From NCBI GenBank assembly GCA_951406725.2, contig OX597815.1, positions 154,628,001-154,692,000 on the forward strand: 64,000 bases of DNA, written 5' to 3'. The translations under genes and the position numbers were made by a program. Below are positions 1 through 12,608 of the stretch, piece after piece. Origin of the DNA: Octopus vulgaris. Lineage: Eukaryota. Under the pieces are notes generated by a model, which saw only the letters and a list, made by a program, of their open reading frames with translations, was not told the origin of the DNA and did no database searches. Position 1 is the first letter of the stretch. Every line of letters starts with the position of its first letter.

Positions 1-392
1 CATACTAATGGGTTGCAACCATGGATGTGAAATATGCCAGATGTTTTTTAGAGCATTCCATATACATTAAAACTGGATAAGAGTGAAAAAACTCTTTATT
101 ATTTTCAAGTGATTTATATGAAATGAATTGTATTGAATATGAATAAGTTATTTATGTAATTCCTGCCATCATTAGTACTATTTATATTACTTCCCCATAT
201 TCGGTAATATTATATTATTTGATAGAGTAAGCATATTTAGTATCTTATTTTTTCATTGAGTTATACATTTTTTGGCAGGGCGTATATGTTTATATTTTTT
301 TCAGAATAGAGTATGAGAATAAAATTCTGTAAAATATTATAGATGTTTCATTATATATGTAGCAAATATTGATCTTGAAAATAGACAATATA

Positions 393-2020
393 TACTGGCG
401 AAAATAAATTTAAGACCGATGATAAAAGTTCTATTTCTTACAAAATATTTTGTTACTAACTCCATACAAATTATTTTTATCTTTTACACCTTATGCAGAA
501 TTTATTACGCTTTCGAACGATGCAGACAATAACTATTTTTTTACAACTTGAAGAATTCGAATGCTAAATTAATATAAACTTTTCAAGTTTACCGGCAAAA
601 TTAGTTTAACACCGTATCATTATAATTTTATTTAAAGCTTAAGATGGTAGCAAAAAATGAGCAACAAGAACAAAATACATATTAGTAGTTTGTGCTGTAG
701 CCTTTTTTCTTAATATCGGCTGAACAACGCCTCGGCATTGAATTCGCTAAGTGATTACAAAAGTCTATGGGAATGTTTTGCTATATATCATTGATATAAT
801 CGAATAAATGTTTTAGATTAGATGTTTTTTTTTAGCATGAACTTTTTTGGAAACATAATTCCACAGGTTCTCGATCGGATTCAGGCCCAGGCTCTGGGGA
901 GGCCATTCGATTACGTCAATTTTATGGTGATCAAAACAATTCCATAACCTTTTTGGCTTTGTGCACAGGACTATTGTCTTGCTAATAAATAGCCTCCAGA
1001 GGCATTTGGTGAGTCAAATATGGCACAACATTATCCTTTAGTATATACATATAACCTACACTATTTAGCTTTCCATCAACTTTAACTAGAGGGCCAACAC
1101 TAAAGCTACTAAATGCCGCCAACACTATCACAGTCCCTCCTCCGCTTGCGCCGTCGTTTTCATGTATTTCGGATGGAATTCCTTGGTTGGGCAACGTCTG
1201 ACGTATGTTTTACCATCTGATCAAAATATACAGAAGCGTGATTCGTCACTCCAAAGGACCCTGCACCAATCTTCGGCAGTCCATTGAGCATGGCTTTTTG
1301 CGAAATTAATGCGTTTGAGTCGATTTCTTTTGTATATTATTGGCTTTTTCCTAGCGATTCATCCATGCTCTCCAAATTCTCTCAAACGGTTGCGGATAGT
1401 TTGTGGTGTAAAAATAACATCGTTCTCGTTTACAAATGTCAACGGCTCTCAGCATTCGGTTGCCTTTCGAAAGTTGGTGGATTCGACTGTCCAACTACAC
1501 CGTTGTTTTTCTTGGGGCGCCAGTCCTTTGCCGATCTTCATATTGACCAGTCTCCGAGAATAACTTCCACGCTTGCATGCAAGCCATTTTACTGCACATT
1601 AGTTGCTTGCTGATGTTCGAAAAGGAAACTTTTTGCTGGTGGAGTAATACGATTTTTGCTCTCGTGATTGGACTGAGGCTACGTTGTTTTCCCATTATTA
1701 ATCAATTGTATAATAACGTTAAATTATAACACTATATAGTGCACTTAGTCTAGTTGTGTGACCATCCATTTTGGCAAACAAATTTGCGTACATATTACAT
1801 GATCTTAAACTAATTTGCCGGTAAATTTGAAACGTTTATATTAATTTAGCATTCGAATTCTTCAAGTTGTATAAAAATAGTTATTGTCTGCATCCCACAA
1901 AAGAGAAATAAATTCTGCATAAGGTGTAAAAGATAGAAATAATTTGTATGGAGTTAGTAATAAAAAATATGGTAACAAATAGATTTTTTATCATCGGTCT
2001 TAAATTTATTTTCGCCAGTG
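393..2020 (-). mobile_element. Full-length Tc1-family DNA transposon (IR/DR type), inactive
   Basis: ~215-bp terminal inverted repeats (393-~610 vs ~1803-2020; tactggcgaaaataaatttaagaccgat / atcggtcttaaatttattttcgccagtg), TA on both sides (391-392, 2021-2022), internal transposase remnant. Confidence 0.95.
682..1695 (-). pseudogene. Tc1 transposase pseudogene (stops and frameshifts)
   Basis: N-terminal paired-like HTH MGKQRSLSPITRAKIVLLHQQ...RTGAPRKTT; catalytic-region motif WPPQSLGLNPIENLW (consensus WPxQSPDLNPIENLW) near 861-905; C-terminus SMPRRCSADIKKKGYSTNY* ending at 682. Confidence 0.9.
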
Positions 2021-2896
2021 TATGTATATGTACATATACATATACATATCGATGATATTACGGTATCAAACTCAGTGATCAAGGTAACACATAGATCTCT
2101 CATAGATTGTAACTACTGATAGATACCTGCATTTAAAGAGATCAAAATATCATTCTACATGAAAACAATTGGTTGAGAGAAGGGTGGAGGTGAGAGGAAT
2201 GGGAGAGAGATAATATATTTCTCTTTTATAACTAGAATTTTCATATTAAGAAACAATAACATTTGCGCATGAAACACACTATCTCTCCGTAAGATATCTA
2301 GGAAGGACGAATACGATTCACTGAATGTGGTAAACAACTTTTGGTGAGAAATCGCCGAGCCCATGGAACCAAGGAGGTCAAAGCAACACTTTCCATAGAA
2401 GAAACACTAAACATGCAACAGCTTGTATATAACTCACAGCAATACTTTCTGTTATTCTTATGTCGATCAAATAATCTAAATTATTGGAGCCAATATAATC
2501 CACAACTTCCTCCAGCCAATGCCAGTGAGGAATACACATGTGTTTTTCTGCGTCCTTTTATATCTAAGACTGAAATCTCATTATTGCTTGCTGAGCCATT
2601 GGCTATCGGATTCAATCCTTACTGTCATTAATTACATGCAGCTATTTGTCACTTTTTCCTACTTCATATAACAACTGGCTAAAACTTTTTTCTATCTGTG
2701 GATGTTTTCTTGTTACTTGCATTATTTTTATGTTCTTCTTCGCATGATATTTTATAGTCTTGTATTTTTTATAGTCTAGCCACTGTGCAGAAGGGCAGCG
2801 GTCATGATAATTTTTTGTTAGCATTTCGGAGACCGCTAGAAGATAGGTATCCTCAAAGAGAGGACACGATTCAAAAGTATGCAAGAAAACAAACTT

Positions 2897-3037
2897 CATA
2901 AAAGGCACCCAAATATCAGCTATTGAGGATTATACAGGGTTGCATAAAAGGCACCCAAATATCAGCTGTTGAGGATTATATATGGTGGCATAAAAAGCAC
3001 CCGAATATCAGCTATTGAGGATTATATAGTGTTGCAT
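2897..3037. repeat. Three tandem copies of a 46-bp unit
   Basis: cataaaaggcacccaaatatcagctattgaggattata... repeated at ~2897, ~2943 and ~2989. Confidence 0.9.
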
Positions 3038-3184
3038 CGTGGCCAAAAGTTTGAAACATAAGTATGAAAATTACAACTTTTATATTAAATGCTCAAATAT
3101 ATGCGTTGTATACATTTGAATCGAATGGACATTGGGCATAACAATTTTCATTTTTAATATGTTCCGAACTTTTGGTCACGATTG
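3035..3184. mobile_element. ~150-bp Tc1-type MITE
   Basis: Imperfect TIRs catcgtggccaaaagtttgaaac / gttccgaacttttggtcacgattg followed by TA; resembles Tc1-like CAxTCGTGGCCAAAAGTT termini. Confidence 0.65.
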
Positions 3185-4849
3185 TAAGTCTAATATTCAT
3201 GAACTCAGAACGCAAAGAGCCTAAACTACTATCACGAGACATCTTTTCAGTCAATCTAAAAGTTCTGCCAGTTATCTGTCATTAACCGATACTATATTTT
3301 ATCGATCTCGAAATGTTGGATAGGAAATTCAGTGGATTTGATTTCCGAATGCAGTGAAGCGGGACATATACCACCAAGAATTCTAACGACCCTCTACTCA
3401 ATCTGACATTCTGACGTCTAGAACTGTATATTTACAATATTTCTCCAAACACAATACTTTTATAATTTAATTATTTTGTTTAACATAATATTCTAAGTTA
3501 ATTTTTGCGTTGTGTATTTAATGCAGTAATTATTTGTCCCGTTCTCATAAATAGATTGATCGATTTCCCTAAATTTCCCTTGAGAATATTATAATTGTAT
3601 TAAGTGGAATATCCTCGGTTTTAACAACTCATTAACAATTGACTTCAGTTTTGATATTAAACTAGTGTCTTTGTAATATTATTTCCTAAACTGTGCTTTC
3701 ATTTTGGTGAGTTTTACTTATTTTGCTACATTAATGTTTAATTATTGGTGTATTTTTAGCTTAATTCTCTTATTTGTGTTTCTTTAACTGTTATGTTTGT
3801 GAGTCTCATAAAATATTTCTCTCTTTCGAAATACGCAAATTAACTTTGTCAAAGTTGTTTTGAGTATTTCTTCTCATACATTTCATCCCAACTTCTGAAC
3901 TGAATGCATTAAATGTGTGCAAAAACTGGGTTTCCAGTTATTATCCTAGTTTTCATTTGTGGTGTACTAATGAAATCGCACATAAATAAATGCATAAAGA
4001 AATAGTTAATATCATGCTGTAATTATCTGAGTTAGTATGCTGGGTGACAGTATTTGTGTTAGACAAAGAGTGGAGAGATGTTAAGTTCTTAGAATTCATA
4101 TTTTTGTTAGGATTTATAAAATAGTTTACCGAATATAAAACTGTGTTATTGGCGGTACTGTAAATGCGATTCAATATTTAAAGCCTTCTGGCGAACGATC
4201 ATTGATATGGAGTTCTATTATACTTTTTCACTACGGCTTTGTTCAGAAATATCTTAACCTTTAGTATTTTCCCGATGGTAATCTATTCACAGTCTCAAAT
4301 TTGCTCCCATAAGCTTATGATTTGTTTTCCTGTTGGCTCTTTAGTACACCTTATATTTTAAAAAGAAAATGGAGAAGAAGACTGCTAGTTTGCATTGTTT
4401 ATAGCAGTGTCGGGAGGTTTTCTTATGATGGATTCTGTGCTATTTAAGATAACATGCTGTAGGTGTTATTGTTGATTTGTTTCTACATTATTTGTGGCAA
4501 ATTTTTTTTTGTTTTATTTGTTATTGTAGCTGTCAAAATCATTAAAGCATACGAGACTGTTGCTTTACAATGCTTCTCTGTATGATTATTTTCCATTTTG
4601 TTAACTTAGGTCCAGCTTTTATCACATAAGAGCTGTTCTTGATAAGGTACCACCTTTTCTTAACCGTTGCAGCAGAAACGAAACAATCTCACATATTGTG
4701 AGTCAGTGCATATTCTCAAACATTCACTTATCCATGAGTGGGGAATCATGTCATATGCCTTCTTATAATCTATCCATATTATTGTTATTTTATTTATTTT
4801 TTTAGGTTTCACTTATTTTAGAACTGCTCGTCTATGCATAAGTCATGCG

Positions 4850-5460
4850 TTCATCTAGCCTTCTTCCAGCGACCTTTCTTTTCTGGAGGTAAATTATCGC
4901 TGTCAAAATGCTTCAGAAATGCTTTCTGAGAGCATTCATGTTAACAGCTTCCAAACTAAAGTCAAGCAAGTGATTGGTCTATAATCAGTAGCTATATTGC
5001 GCTTTCTTTTTTTTTATAAATAGTACTATTCTCTAGTCATGCAACTAGTCATCTATCCCTCGGTATCCCATGTAAGTTTCTAAATTTCTGTAGTCAATAC
5101 CGTTGAACTAAATCTGATTTTGGGCCCTTCCAATTCGGTAATCTTCCTAACACTTTACTTATTAATGCACTAATTAGTTTTAGATCTGGCTGCTTCTTAC
5201 AAACTACTTCTTCCTACACTTTGTTTAACTATGCTGCATCCCAAATATCCCAAACATTACTCCAGAAATTTCTAGCTGCTTTTTCATTTGGTTTATCTTC
5301 AGTACTTTCTACACAATTTATATGGCGATAAAATCTTTTCTGCTGTTTCAAAAAATATGTGCTGTTGATAGTGATCTATTCTTTTCTGACATCTGGAAAG
5401 CTTATTTGCCATTGCTATGATACACTGTTTCAGGTCCTCCAAGACTGCTCCAAATCCTCT
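4850..5460 (-). mobile_element. Degenerate R4/Dong-like non-LTR retrotransposon fragment (pre-RT region)
   Basis: Minus-strand peptide remnants such as KRFYRHI, FWSNVWD and PNWKGPKSD match the region upstream of RT in R4-clade ORFs; heavily disrupted. Confidence 0.45.
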
Positions 5461-5469
5461 CTCCTCGCG

Positions 5470-5612
5470 GAAGCATGCCGAACGTAGTGCTTAGCGGCAT
5501 TTTTTCCGGTTCTTTAATTGGAGTTCATATTCCGCCGAAGTCTTCTTTCGCTTCCATCATTTGGAAGTCGATAAAATAAATACCAGTCTGCGCACAGAGG
5601 TCAATATAATCT
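5470..5612 (+). mobile_element. tRNA-derived SINE family B, degenerate
   Basis: Similar to the intact copy at 57378 (gagttca.attccgccga.gtc...gtcgataaaataa.tacc). Confidence 0.6.
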
Positions 5613-6199
5613 TCCCTTCAACATGACGTTGGTGGCAATGATTCCAAAATTTGAAACCTTTACCATTGTTGTTTTTGTCAGTGTGTACAAATATGTTTCT
5701 TGTCTCTGTTTGGATTGTAGGTCGTTCCACGATTTTTCCGGGTAATTTTTTTATGCAATGCTTTATGTTGTTTAGAATGTTTTCACAAAACAGGTTTTAT
5801 TTCATTGGTTTTAGCAAACAAACAAATAAATAAACACATGTTTTCAACATTTGTTGGGCTTTGCTAAACTTCATTTGCAATAGCTTAGAGCAAAAGTGTA
5901 ACGCTAAATAAAATGAAAATATTGATTCTGAATATTGAGAAGCACTAAAATATCAAGCCTGATCTACCAGATGCTCCCTAATTATATAAATGGAAATTTA
6001 TGTCTTTTCACAGAGAAGGAATAATTTTTCTGCGACTTTCCTCGGGGCGACACAAATAACAACTGCATGGACACACACGCAATCAAACAACCACACGAAC
6101 ACACACGCTCGCGCGCATGCACACACACACAAACACGCACAAATTTAAGAAATGTTGTCAATGCATGAAGTTACATCTGGCCAAGCTTCTCAGTATTGC

Positions 6200-7300
6200 A
6201 ATACTTAATATGAAGGTTGAAGAGAGCAATACGGGCTGTGGAAAAATTGCATTGACAAGAACTTAATCATCACTTTACCCGAGGGGTATGCGGCAGTATC
6301 AACGTGAAATAATGGACACAAAACACACAAACAGAGGACCATATCGCTCAAAGGAATTAAGAGGCAGTGACAGAAACGTAACACAACCACAAAGAGTCTG
6401 TGGGCACCCGACTCGGCATCTGGAGACGCAGGAAGTCTGTGCCGTCAAACGATTTCATGGAGCGCTCTGTGGTCGAATTGTGAGATGGCTGGGAGTAAGT
6501 TTGGTTCAGGTGGAGAAGGCATGGAAGGTTGGGAGAAGCAGGGTGACCCGTCTCATTCGGAAATGGGCCAAGGAAAAGCTATCCTTGACAGATCGGGCAC
6601 AAATAGTCAAAGTCTACATTACTTCCGTCATGTATTATCGCCTAACCGTCATGATTTGCCTCAATCCATCCAGTTCATGTCTGGCTATTTTGGAGCGCCT
6701 GCTATTCTGACTCTTGTGGACGGGATGCACTTCAGTGGTTTGATATTCCTCTTGTTGTCAAAAGCCGCTGCATTGCCGTGTGGACATTCCGTAGATGATA
6801 GTAAGTTCAGAGGCTGAAACACATCCAGTAATTCCTTGAACGTGAACAGTTTGCATCGCCTTTTGTCTAAAGAGCTTTCCCATTGTTCGTCGCTCTGTCA
6901 GCACTGCAGTTATGTGGCACTAAGAGACCGAGATAAGGTACCTAACATCTGGAATATCAAGCTCTAGCAAATTTCTACCACTGGTAAAATTCTATGTTGG
7001 TCTTCTTAAGAAGTTTAGTAGCGGAAAAAGCGATGACGGTCGATGACGTTCAACTGACTGGTTTATGTTTTGGAGGACTTTAGAGCCGTAGCACATCCAG
7101 AAATCTCCAACTCGGCAGTGCTGACACGAGATATTGTCATTTGGGGGACAAACTATACAGTCATGGTGGTATAGTCAGCCGAGTATGTCTAAGGTGCTTG
7201 TAGAGGGAAGAAAACGTTCTGCACTCATTCGTCGTGTGCTCGAACATGGTCCACTTGTGGAGATGCTACATTCATCCATCTTTTACGGATATAATGGTAG
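6200..7300 (+). mobile_element. Tx1/L1-clade LINE ORF2 remnant (RT C-terminus to zf-RVT)
   Basis: LGVSL...RKWAKEKLSLTDRAQIVKVYITSVMYYRLTV matches the post-RT 'W...LSL.GR..V...I.S...Y' block of Tx1/L1; a degenerate CxxC...E...H...C...LW zinc motif lies at ~7180-7265. Confidence 0.75.
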
Positions 7301-7319
7301 GTTGAGAAGTAAATTCCCT

Positions 7320-7900
7320 TTCTCATCAATTTCCTTTCCGGTTGGAACTTGAAAAGTTGATGAAGGCTCGGGTATAAAATATGTGTCTATCTTTAGTCCG
7401 TTCAGTCGCTTCCACACATAACCTCTTTTGCCATAGTCGCCGGATAGAGGAGAATTATCCCCACTTTCGGTCAAAGGACATATCGAAGCTGTCTTCAGGA
7501 TGGAGACAGCTGATTACCTGGTTCGTCCTACAGGTGATAGAAGGTGTTTGAAATAATTTCACAAGAGTCAGCAATGGTCAGGAACTGTATGAATGTGTGC
7601 GGGAAGTTTTTCTCCTCTGGGTACATCTTCCGCAGGCACGGCTGACGATACTGCCGTGCATGTGAAGCTTATCCTGAATGAGCAATGTTCCTCGCTAGCA
7701 GTGCTGGCTCCGGTATTTCTGGAAATTGTAAATGGGCACCGACCCGAAATTCCTCTGGAAATGACCAGCCATTTGTGTTTGATCGATGTACAGATTTTCC
7801 CTTAGAATGCCATTGCACTTATACACCACGAATTATTTATAGAAATCTTTCGTGCTTTGGTTTATCTTGTGATTAGTTTCGATTTCATGCTCGACTTTCA
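7320..7900 (-). mobile_element. Second Tx1/L1-clade LINE 3' fragment, opposite orientation
   Basis: Minus strand reads RGTLLIQDKLHMHGSIVSRACGRC, then in another frame EEKNFPHTFIQFLTIADS, then RLNGLKIDT; this is the zf-RVT and C-terminal region typical of Tx1-like ORF2. Confidence 0.65.
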
Positions 7901-8699
7901 GGCTCTCAAACATTATTGTTTTCATGCTTCCACTTTCATTGTTTGTATTTTTAATATGTGTTTTGTCTTCTTTCTCATTTGTATTTACGTATTCTCTCTT
8001 TTCTTTCTTTTGTAATGAAGAAAAAACAAGGAAAGAAAAATCCGTGAAAAGATGGCGTGACAAGTTTAACAAATACTGGACCGCTGTTAATTGTCAACAT
8101 CAACCAATAGATCGAAAAGAAAAACTAGCAACGGTAGATGTCAGCTGATACGTTCATCCAGTGGCCAATTGACAAAGAATGGTGACAACAGCAACAACAA
8201 CGTTCTTCCTTTCAATAACGTTATGTCTACGTCTGATATCTTTCCATTAAGCTTCTAATTTAAACATGCAAATAAATGTCAGTTCCATGTACCGTTAAAT
8301 GTATTTGTTGACTTGTTTTAGCCGTATTTTCATACAACTCAATGAAGTAACCTAATGTGATCAAAGTTAGACCGAGACATTGATGTTAATTGTGTAAAGG
8401 CTATTATCTGTATTCGTTCTCTCACAACTGATTTGCAGCGTATCTTCAAGTTATCTACTCGTGACTTAATTCAGGCTTTTTAAGTGCTTGGCTAACGTTA
8501 TTGTATCGTTTTGTTCTCATTTGCATCGCCCACATAAGATGAGATTTTAACGCTGCTCCTTTGGTTAGTTATTGTTTTATGATTTTCAGTTTTATTGTGT
8601 TCCTATACACTGCATGACTACTTATGCATTTCGAGCCTATAAATTGTATAGAACTCTTAATTTATGTATAGAAAAAATATTCTGTTCATGATTTCCATA

Positions 8700-9080
8700 T
8701 AGTTGTATTCGCTTTGCAACCGCAAGATTTCGGATTCTGCCCCAATGGAGGGTACCTTAACCAGTTGTTTTCTACTGTAGCCCTAGACCAACCAACCAAC
8801 CAACCAACCAATGCCTTATGAATGAATTTGGCAGACAGAAAGCATGTGGAAGCTTGTTGTGCATGTGTTTATGTTTTTTGTGTTATGGTTCTTCTTACAC
8901 CGCTTGACAATCGGTGTTGGTTTGTTTTCAGCACGTAACTGAGAACTGTGGAGGAAGAGGCTGGTATAATAAATATCAGACTTACAAGAATCAAATAATA
9001 AACTGCTGAGGTCAATTTGTTCGACTAACCCTACAAGATAGTGCTCAACAGAGCTGCAATCCAATGACTGAAGCAAGGAA
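8700..9080 (+). mobile_element. SINE family A (tRNA head, CORE-like centre), old degenerate copy
   Basis: Collinear similarity to the copies at 15489 and 49150 (ccgcttgacaatcggtg...gtcaatttgttcgactaa...caatgactgaa). Confidence 0.65.
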
Positions 9081-9114
9081 CACATTACATGAACATATGT
9101 AGCAGGTTCTCTGA

Positions 9115-9325
9115 GGTGGTGAGCTGCAAAGTCGTTACTACGCCGGGGGTAAATGTTTAGCAGCATTTCATCCATCTTTACCTCTTGTGTTCAGATTCCG
9201 CTGCGGTCGACTTTGCTTTCCATCCCTCGAGATCGATAAAATAATTACAAGTCGATCAGTGGGGTCCATGTAATTGACTACTCCCACTCGCTAATTTTGT
9301 GACCTTAGAGCTTTAGTAGAAAGGA
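9115..9325 (+). mobile_element. SINE family B
   Basis: ggtgagctg...gttcagattccgctgcggtcgactttgctttccatcc...tcgataaaataa, matching the 57378 copy. Confidence 0.75.
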
Positions 9326-9401
9326 TATGTAATAGCCTCTCACCAACAAAGCAATAGAATAGAGCAGGCGAATGAAGTTCATTAGGAATGTTGTGGATAT
9401 A

Positions 9402-9967
9402 TTGGGTTGTGCGGAAAGTTCGTGCCGATGTATAGTACTTTACCTTTCGACTTATTTTAGAACATAGTTGAGTCCATAAAATAGGATTTGACTAACCTCC
9501 ATTTAGAGCACAGTTTAATCTATCTTTTCGTGGAAGAAGGTTTATGTTCATATAACCTGTGTTAATTCTGTAACCCTTTAAAATGGAAGATAAGAAAGTT
9601 CATTTTCGTCACTTGATGCTTTGGGAACCAGACAAAAATTGCTGCAGCTCAGCTGGGAAGTGTTACCCAGACCCTCCATATTCACCAGATATTGCCCCTT
9701 CGGTTTTCCACTTATTCAGGTCTCTGCAGAATAGTCTTAATGGTAAAAATTTCAATTCTTTGGATGATGTAAAAAGATACCTTGATGAATTCTTTGCCAT
9801 GAAACTACTTCAATTCTGGGAAGAGGGTATTTTCAAATCAAAGGAAAGATAGAGACGCATTGTGCAACAAAATGGTTCATATTTGGTTGATTAAAAATGC
9901 AATGGCAAGTACTTGTTGACCTTTTTCTTTCCTTTAAAAATCGGCACGAACTTTCCGGAGAACCCAA
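9402..9967 (+). mobile_element. Internally deleted mariner element
   Basis: ~28-bp TIRs ttgggttgtgcggaaagttcgtgccgat / atcggcacgaactttccggagaacccaa, TA on the left and TG on the right; ORF 9583-9852 joins the mariner N-terminus MEDKKVHFRHLMLW to the C-terminal PPYSPDIAPSVFHLFRSLQN...FWEEGI. Confidence 0.93.
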
Positions 9968-11280
9968 TGCATTAACAGATTCCGATGACGTCCAAAACTT
10001 CTTCCTATATCCCCTGCTGGGGATAGAGGCGGTTATCTTTAATTGCGGGTGTAAAAATTGGGGTTGGGGGGTTGGAAAGGGGGGTGAAATTTTTCAACTT
10101 TTAAAAAGAGTACATTTTTGCTCTATTTTTAGATTTAATTTTTTCTGTTTGCATTATTTGGTTGACATGGGTAAAAATGGCATTGTGTTAAAGACCAAAA
10201 GTTTAGCTTTCATTTGCATCATGAACCGTCAAAATATACCAGAAAACATAAGTAATTTTGAATTATTTTTGTGATTTTACGTGCACGCGTAGAAGTGCAA
10301 TTATTTTGTCGATTTGGCCGCGCGAAGCTTGCTTGGGTTATCGATTTTTTTCTCCGCTTAAGACTCAATTGTTTGGGGGTTGAAGATAAGGCTACATAAG
10401 GCTTCTTTCTAATCGCAGGTACACGTGGGTCTTTTGGGGCGGTCATTAGCGTCGCGCTGCGATGCCATCAGCCATTGAGATGATGAGAAGAAGAAAAGAA
10501 AGAGTGGAAGAAGAGAAAGGAGGAAAAGGAAGATAAAGACAAAGAAAAATTTTTTAAATAAGAAAAAGAATAAGAAGGGGTCAATAAAAAGAACTAGGCA
10601 AAGAAGACGAACAAAAGAAGAAAGGGAAAAGGAGACAACACGCACAAAACAACACCACCACCAAACCCCGAGCGAAGCACGGGTCAAAATATAATATAAA
10701 TTGGACATGGGCGAACGTTGCATTATTTCTTGTCTTGAAGTTCACAGCCAAACAGCTAGATATATTCGCGTTAAAAATGGCACACTTGTGGTGACGGGTG
10801 GATAGATTGGAATGTGGTTTGTATTTTTTTCCTAGTCTCCATACTTCCCGAGAAAGTAGTTTAAAACTGTTTCTAATGTAATTCCCGTTTGTTCCACCAT
10901 TAAAACAACCAGTTGCTCACTCAGCCCGCATATACCATTTCGCTAGCAACAAGGGGAGTACAGAGTGACAGTAAGCCAAAACTTTCACTATGCTGTCTCT
11001 CTTCTTTCACCCCTTTGTGAGGTTAATAATCTTAATCTTTAGTTACAGTTTCTCATTCAAACTATGTAATAGGTAGAATTGTCGGATTAAGGCAGTAGGG
11101 TGTTTTGAGGGAGATTTGGCTGCTATTTCTACCAAGTCTAACAACCATGGAGCGGTCTGAACTTAATTTTCATTCACATATTTGCACTTCAAATATTTAA
11201 CATAATATTTTCCATAAATCAACTATCGTAAAAATTTTATTCGACGACCTCATATTTTCTATGTACGTGTGTGTACTTTA

Positions 11281-11920
11281 AAAGACGTCAATCATCACAA
11301 CACACACCTTCACTCACTCACTCTATCTCGCTTTCTCACCCTCTTTCTCTCTCACATACACTCACGCAAGCACGCACGCACGCACGCACGCACACAAACA
11401 CACACACACACGCGCACACATACACACACATGTCCATTTTATATATCTTCTTTCAATTTCTGCTCTCTGCAAATAAAAGTTTTTACGGATACATCTGCTT
11501 GCAAAAATATCGATTAATGTATAATTTTTTTCTATGTACATAATTAAATCCACGTTTTAATGATTAGACACAGGTCCAATAGAATAGTTCTCAGAAAGAG
11601 ACTACGTACAAATACGTCAATCATCACGACACACACTTTCACTCACTCACTCTATCTCTTTTTCTCACCATCTTTTTCTCTCTCACGCACAAGCACGCAT
11701 GCATACACACACACACACACACATACACACACACACACACACGTCCATTTCATGTAACTTCTTTCAATTTCTGCTCTCAGCAAATAACATTTTTACGGAT
11801 AAAACGGCTTGCAGAAATAGGGATTGATGTATAATTCCTTTCTATGTTCATATTTAAATCAATATTTTAATGATTAGTCAGAGATCCAATAGAATAGCTC
11901 TCAGAAACAGACTACGTACA
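11281..11920. repeat. Diverged tandem duplication of ~320-330 bp containing CA/CT microsatellites
   Basis: 11281-11610 and 11611-11920 both begin aa.acgtcaatcatcac and end ccaatagaatag.tctcagaaa.agactacgtaca. Confidence 0.9.
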
Positions 11921-11942
11921 ACTTCGTTCTTCACAACACCTG

Positions 11943-12040
11943 AAGCTGTTTTCTGACAAGGGGTGGGGGTCTGGATATTTTCATACAGTTGGAGGTTCCA
12001 ATCAAAACAGGGACCCGAAATGATAAGGTTGAGAAACGCT
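11943..12040. mobile_element. Possible small hAT (Charlie-like) MITE remnant
   Basis: Right end aaggttgagaaacgctg is the reverse complement of a CAGCGTTTCTCAACCT hAT-type terminus; the left end is poorly preserved. Confidence 0.35.
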
Positions 12041-12204
12041 GTTATAGATTATGCCTAAATGAAAACTATCAGTCACATCATCCAACCAGAACGGGTGAAA
12101 CCCGGCTTAGCTGTTAGTAATTTATATACTGTTGGCAAACATGCGATAGAGTTAGATATTTTAAAATGAATGTTATGTAACCTTTCTACACACACACACA
12201 CACA

Positions 12205-12408
12205 CAGGTGCAAAGGTGGCTGTGTGGTAAGAACCGGTGTTTGTGTTTTACGTCACCGTAACTTACCGGTGCGAGAAAAAGACCCCGATAGAAGTGGTAC
12301 TAGGCTTGAGAAATTAAGTTCTGAGGCGATTTGTTCGACTAAAACACTTCAAGGCGGTGATCCAGGATGGCCGCAGTCAAATGATTGAAACAAATAAGAG
12401 AATAAAAG
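12205..12408 (+). mobile_element. SINE family A, internally deleted
   Basis: Head ggtggctgtgtggtaag joined directly to the 3' half (cgtaactta...gatttgttcgactaaa...ggccgcagtcaaatga). Confidence 0.75.
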
Positions 12409-12590
12409 AGGGGTTGCTGAAAAGTTCCTGCCTTTAAGGGTTCACGGAAAGCGTGGTTGGAGACCCAGACTTCCGAGTTATTTTACAGGGCTTAGATAAA
12501 TTGATGGACCGTTGCAATACGTGTGTGAATCCGAGAGGAGAATATGTTAAAGGATTCTCCTGTATTTTCTTTTACCAAAAGCCCCTCGTA
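12408..12590 (+). mobile_element. Mariner-derived MITE
   Basis: Left end gaggggttgctgaaaagttcc, right end cccctcgta; internal GLDKLMDRCNTCVNPRGEYV resembles the mariner transposase C-terminus (GIxKLxxRWxKCxxxxGxY). Confidence 0.75.
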
Positions 12591-12608
12591 TTTAGGCATA
12601 TATATATA

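Noticed and set aside
2155-2908. Possible Helitron Pif1 helicase echo (IMQVTRKHPQIEKSFSQLLYEVG)
   Set aside because: Similarity is too weak to call without a profile search.
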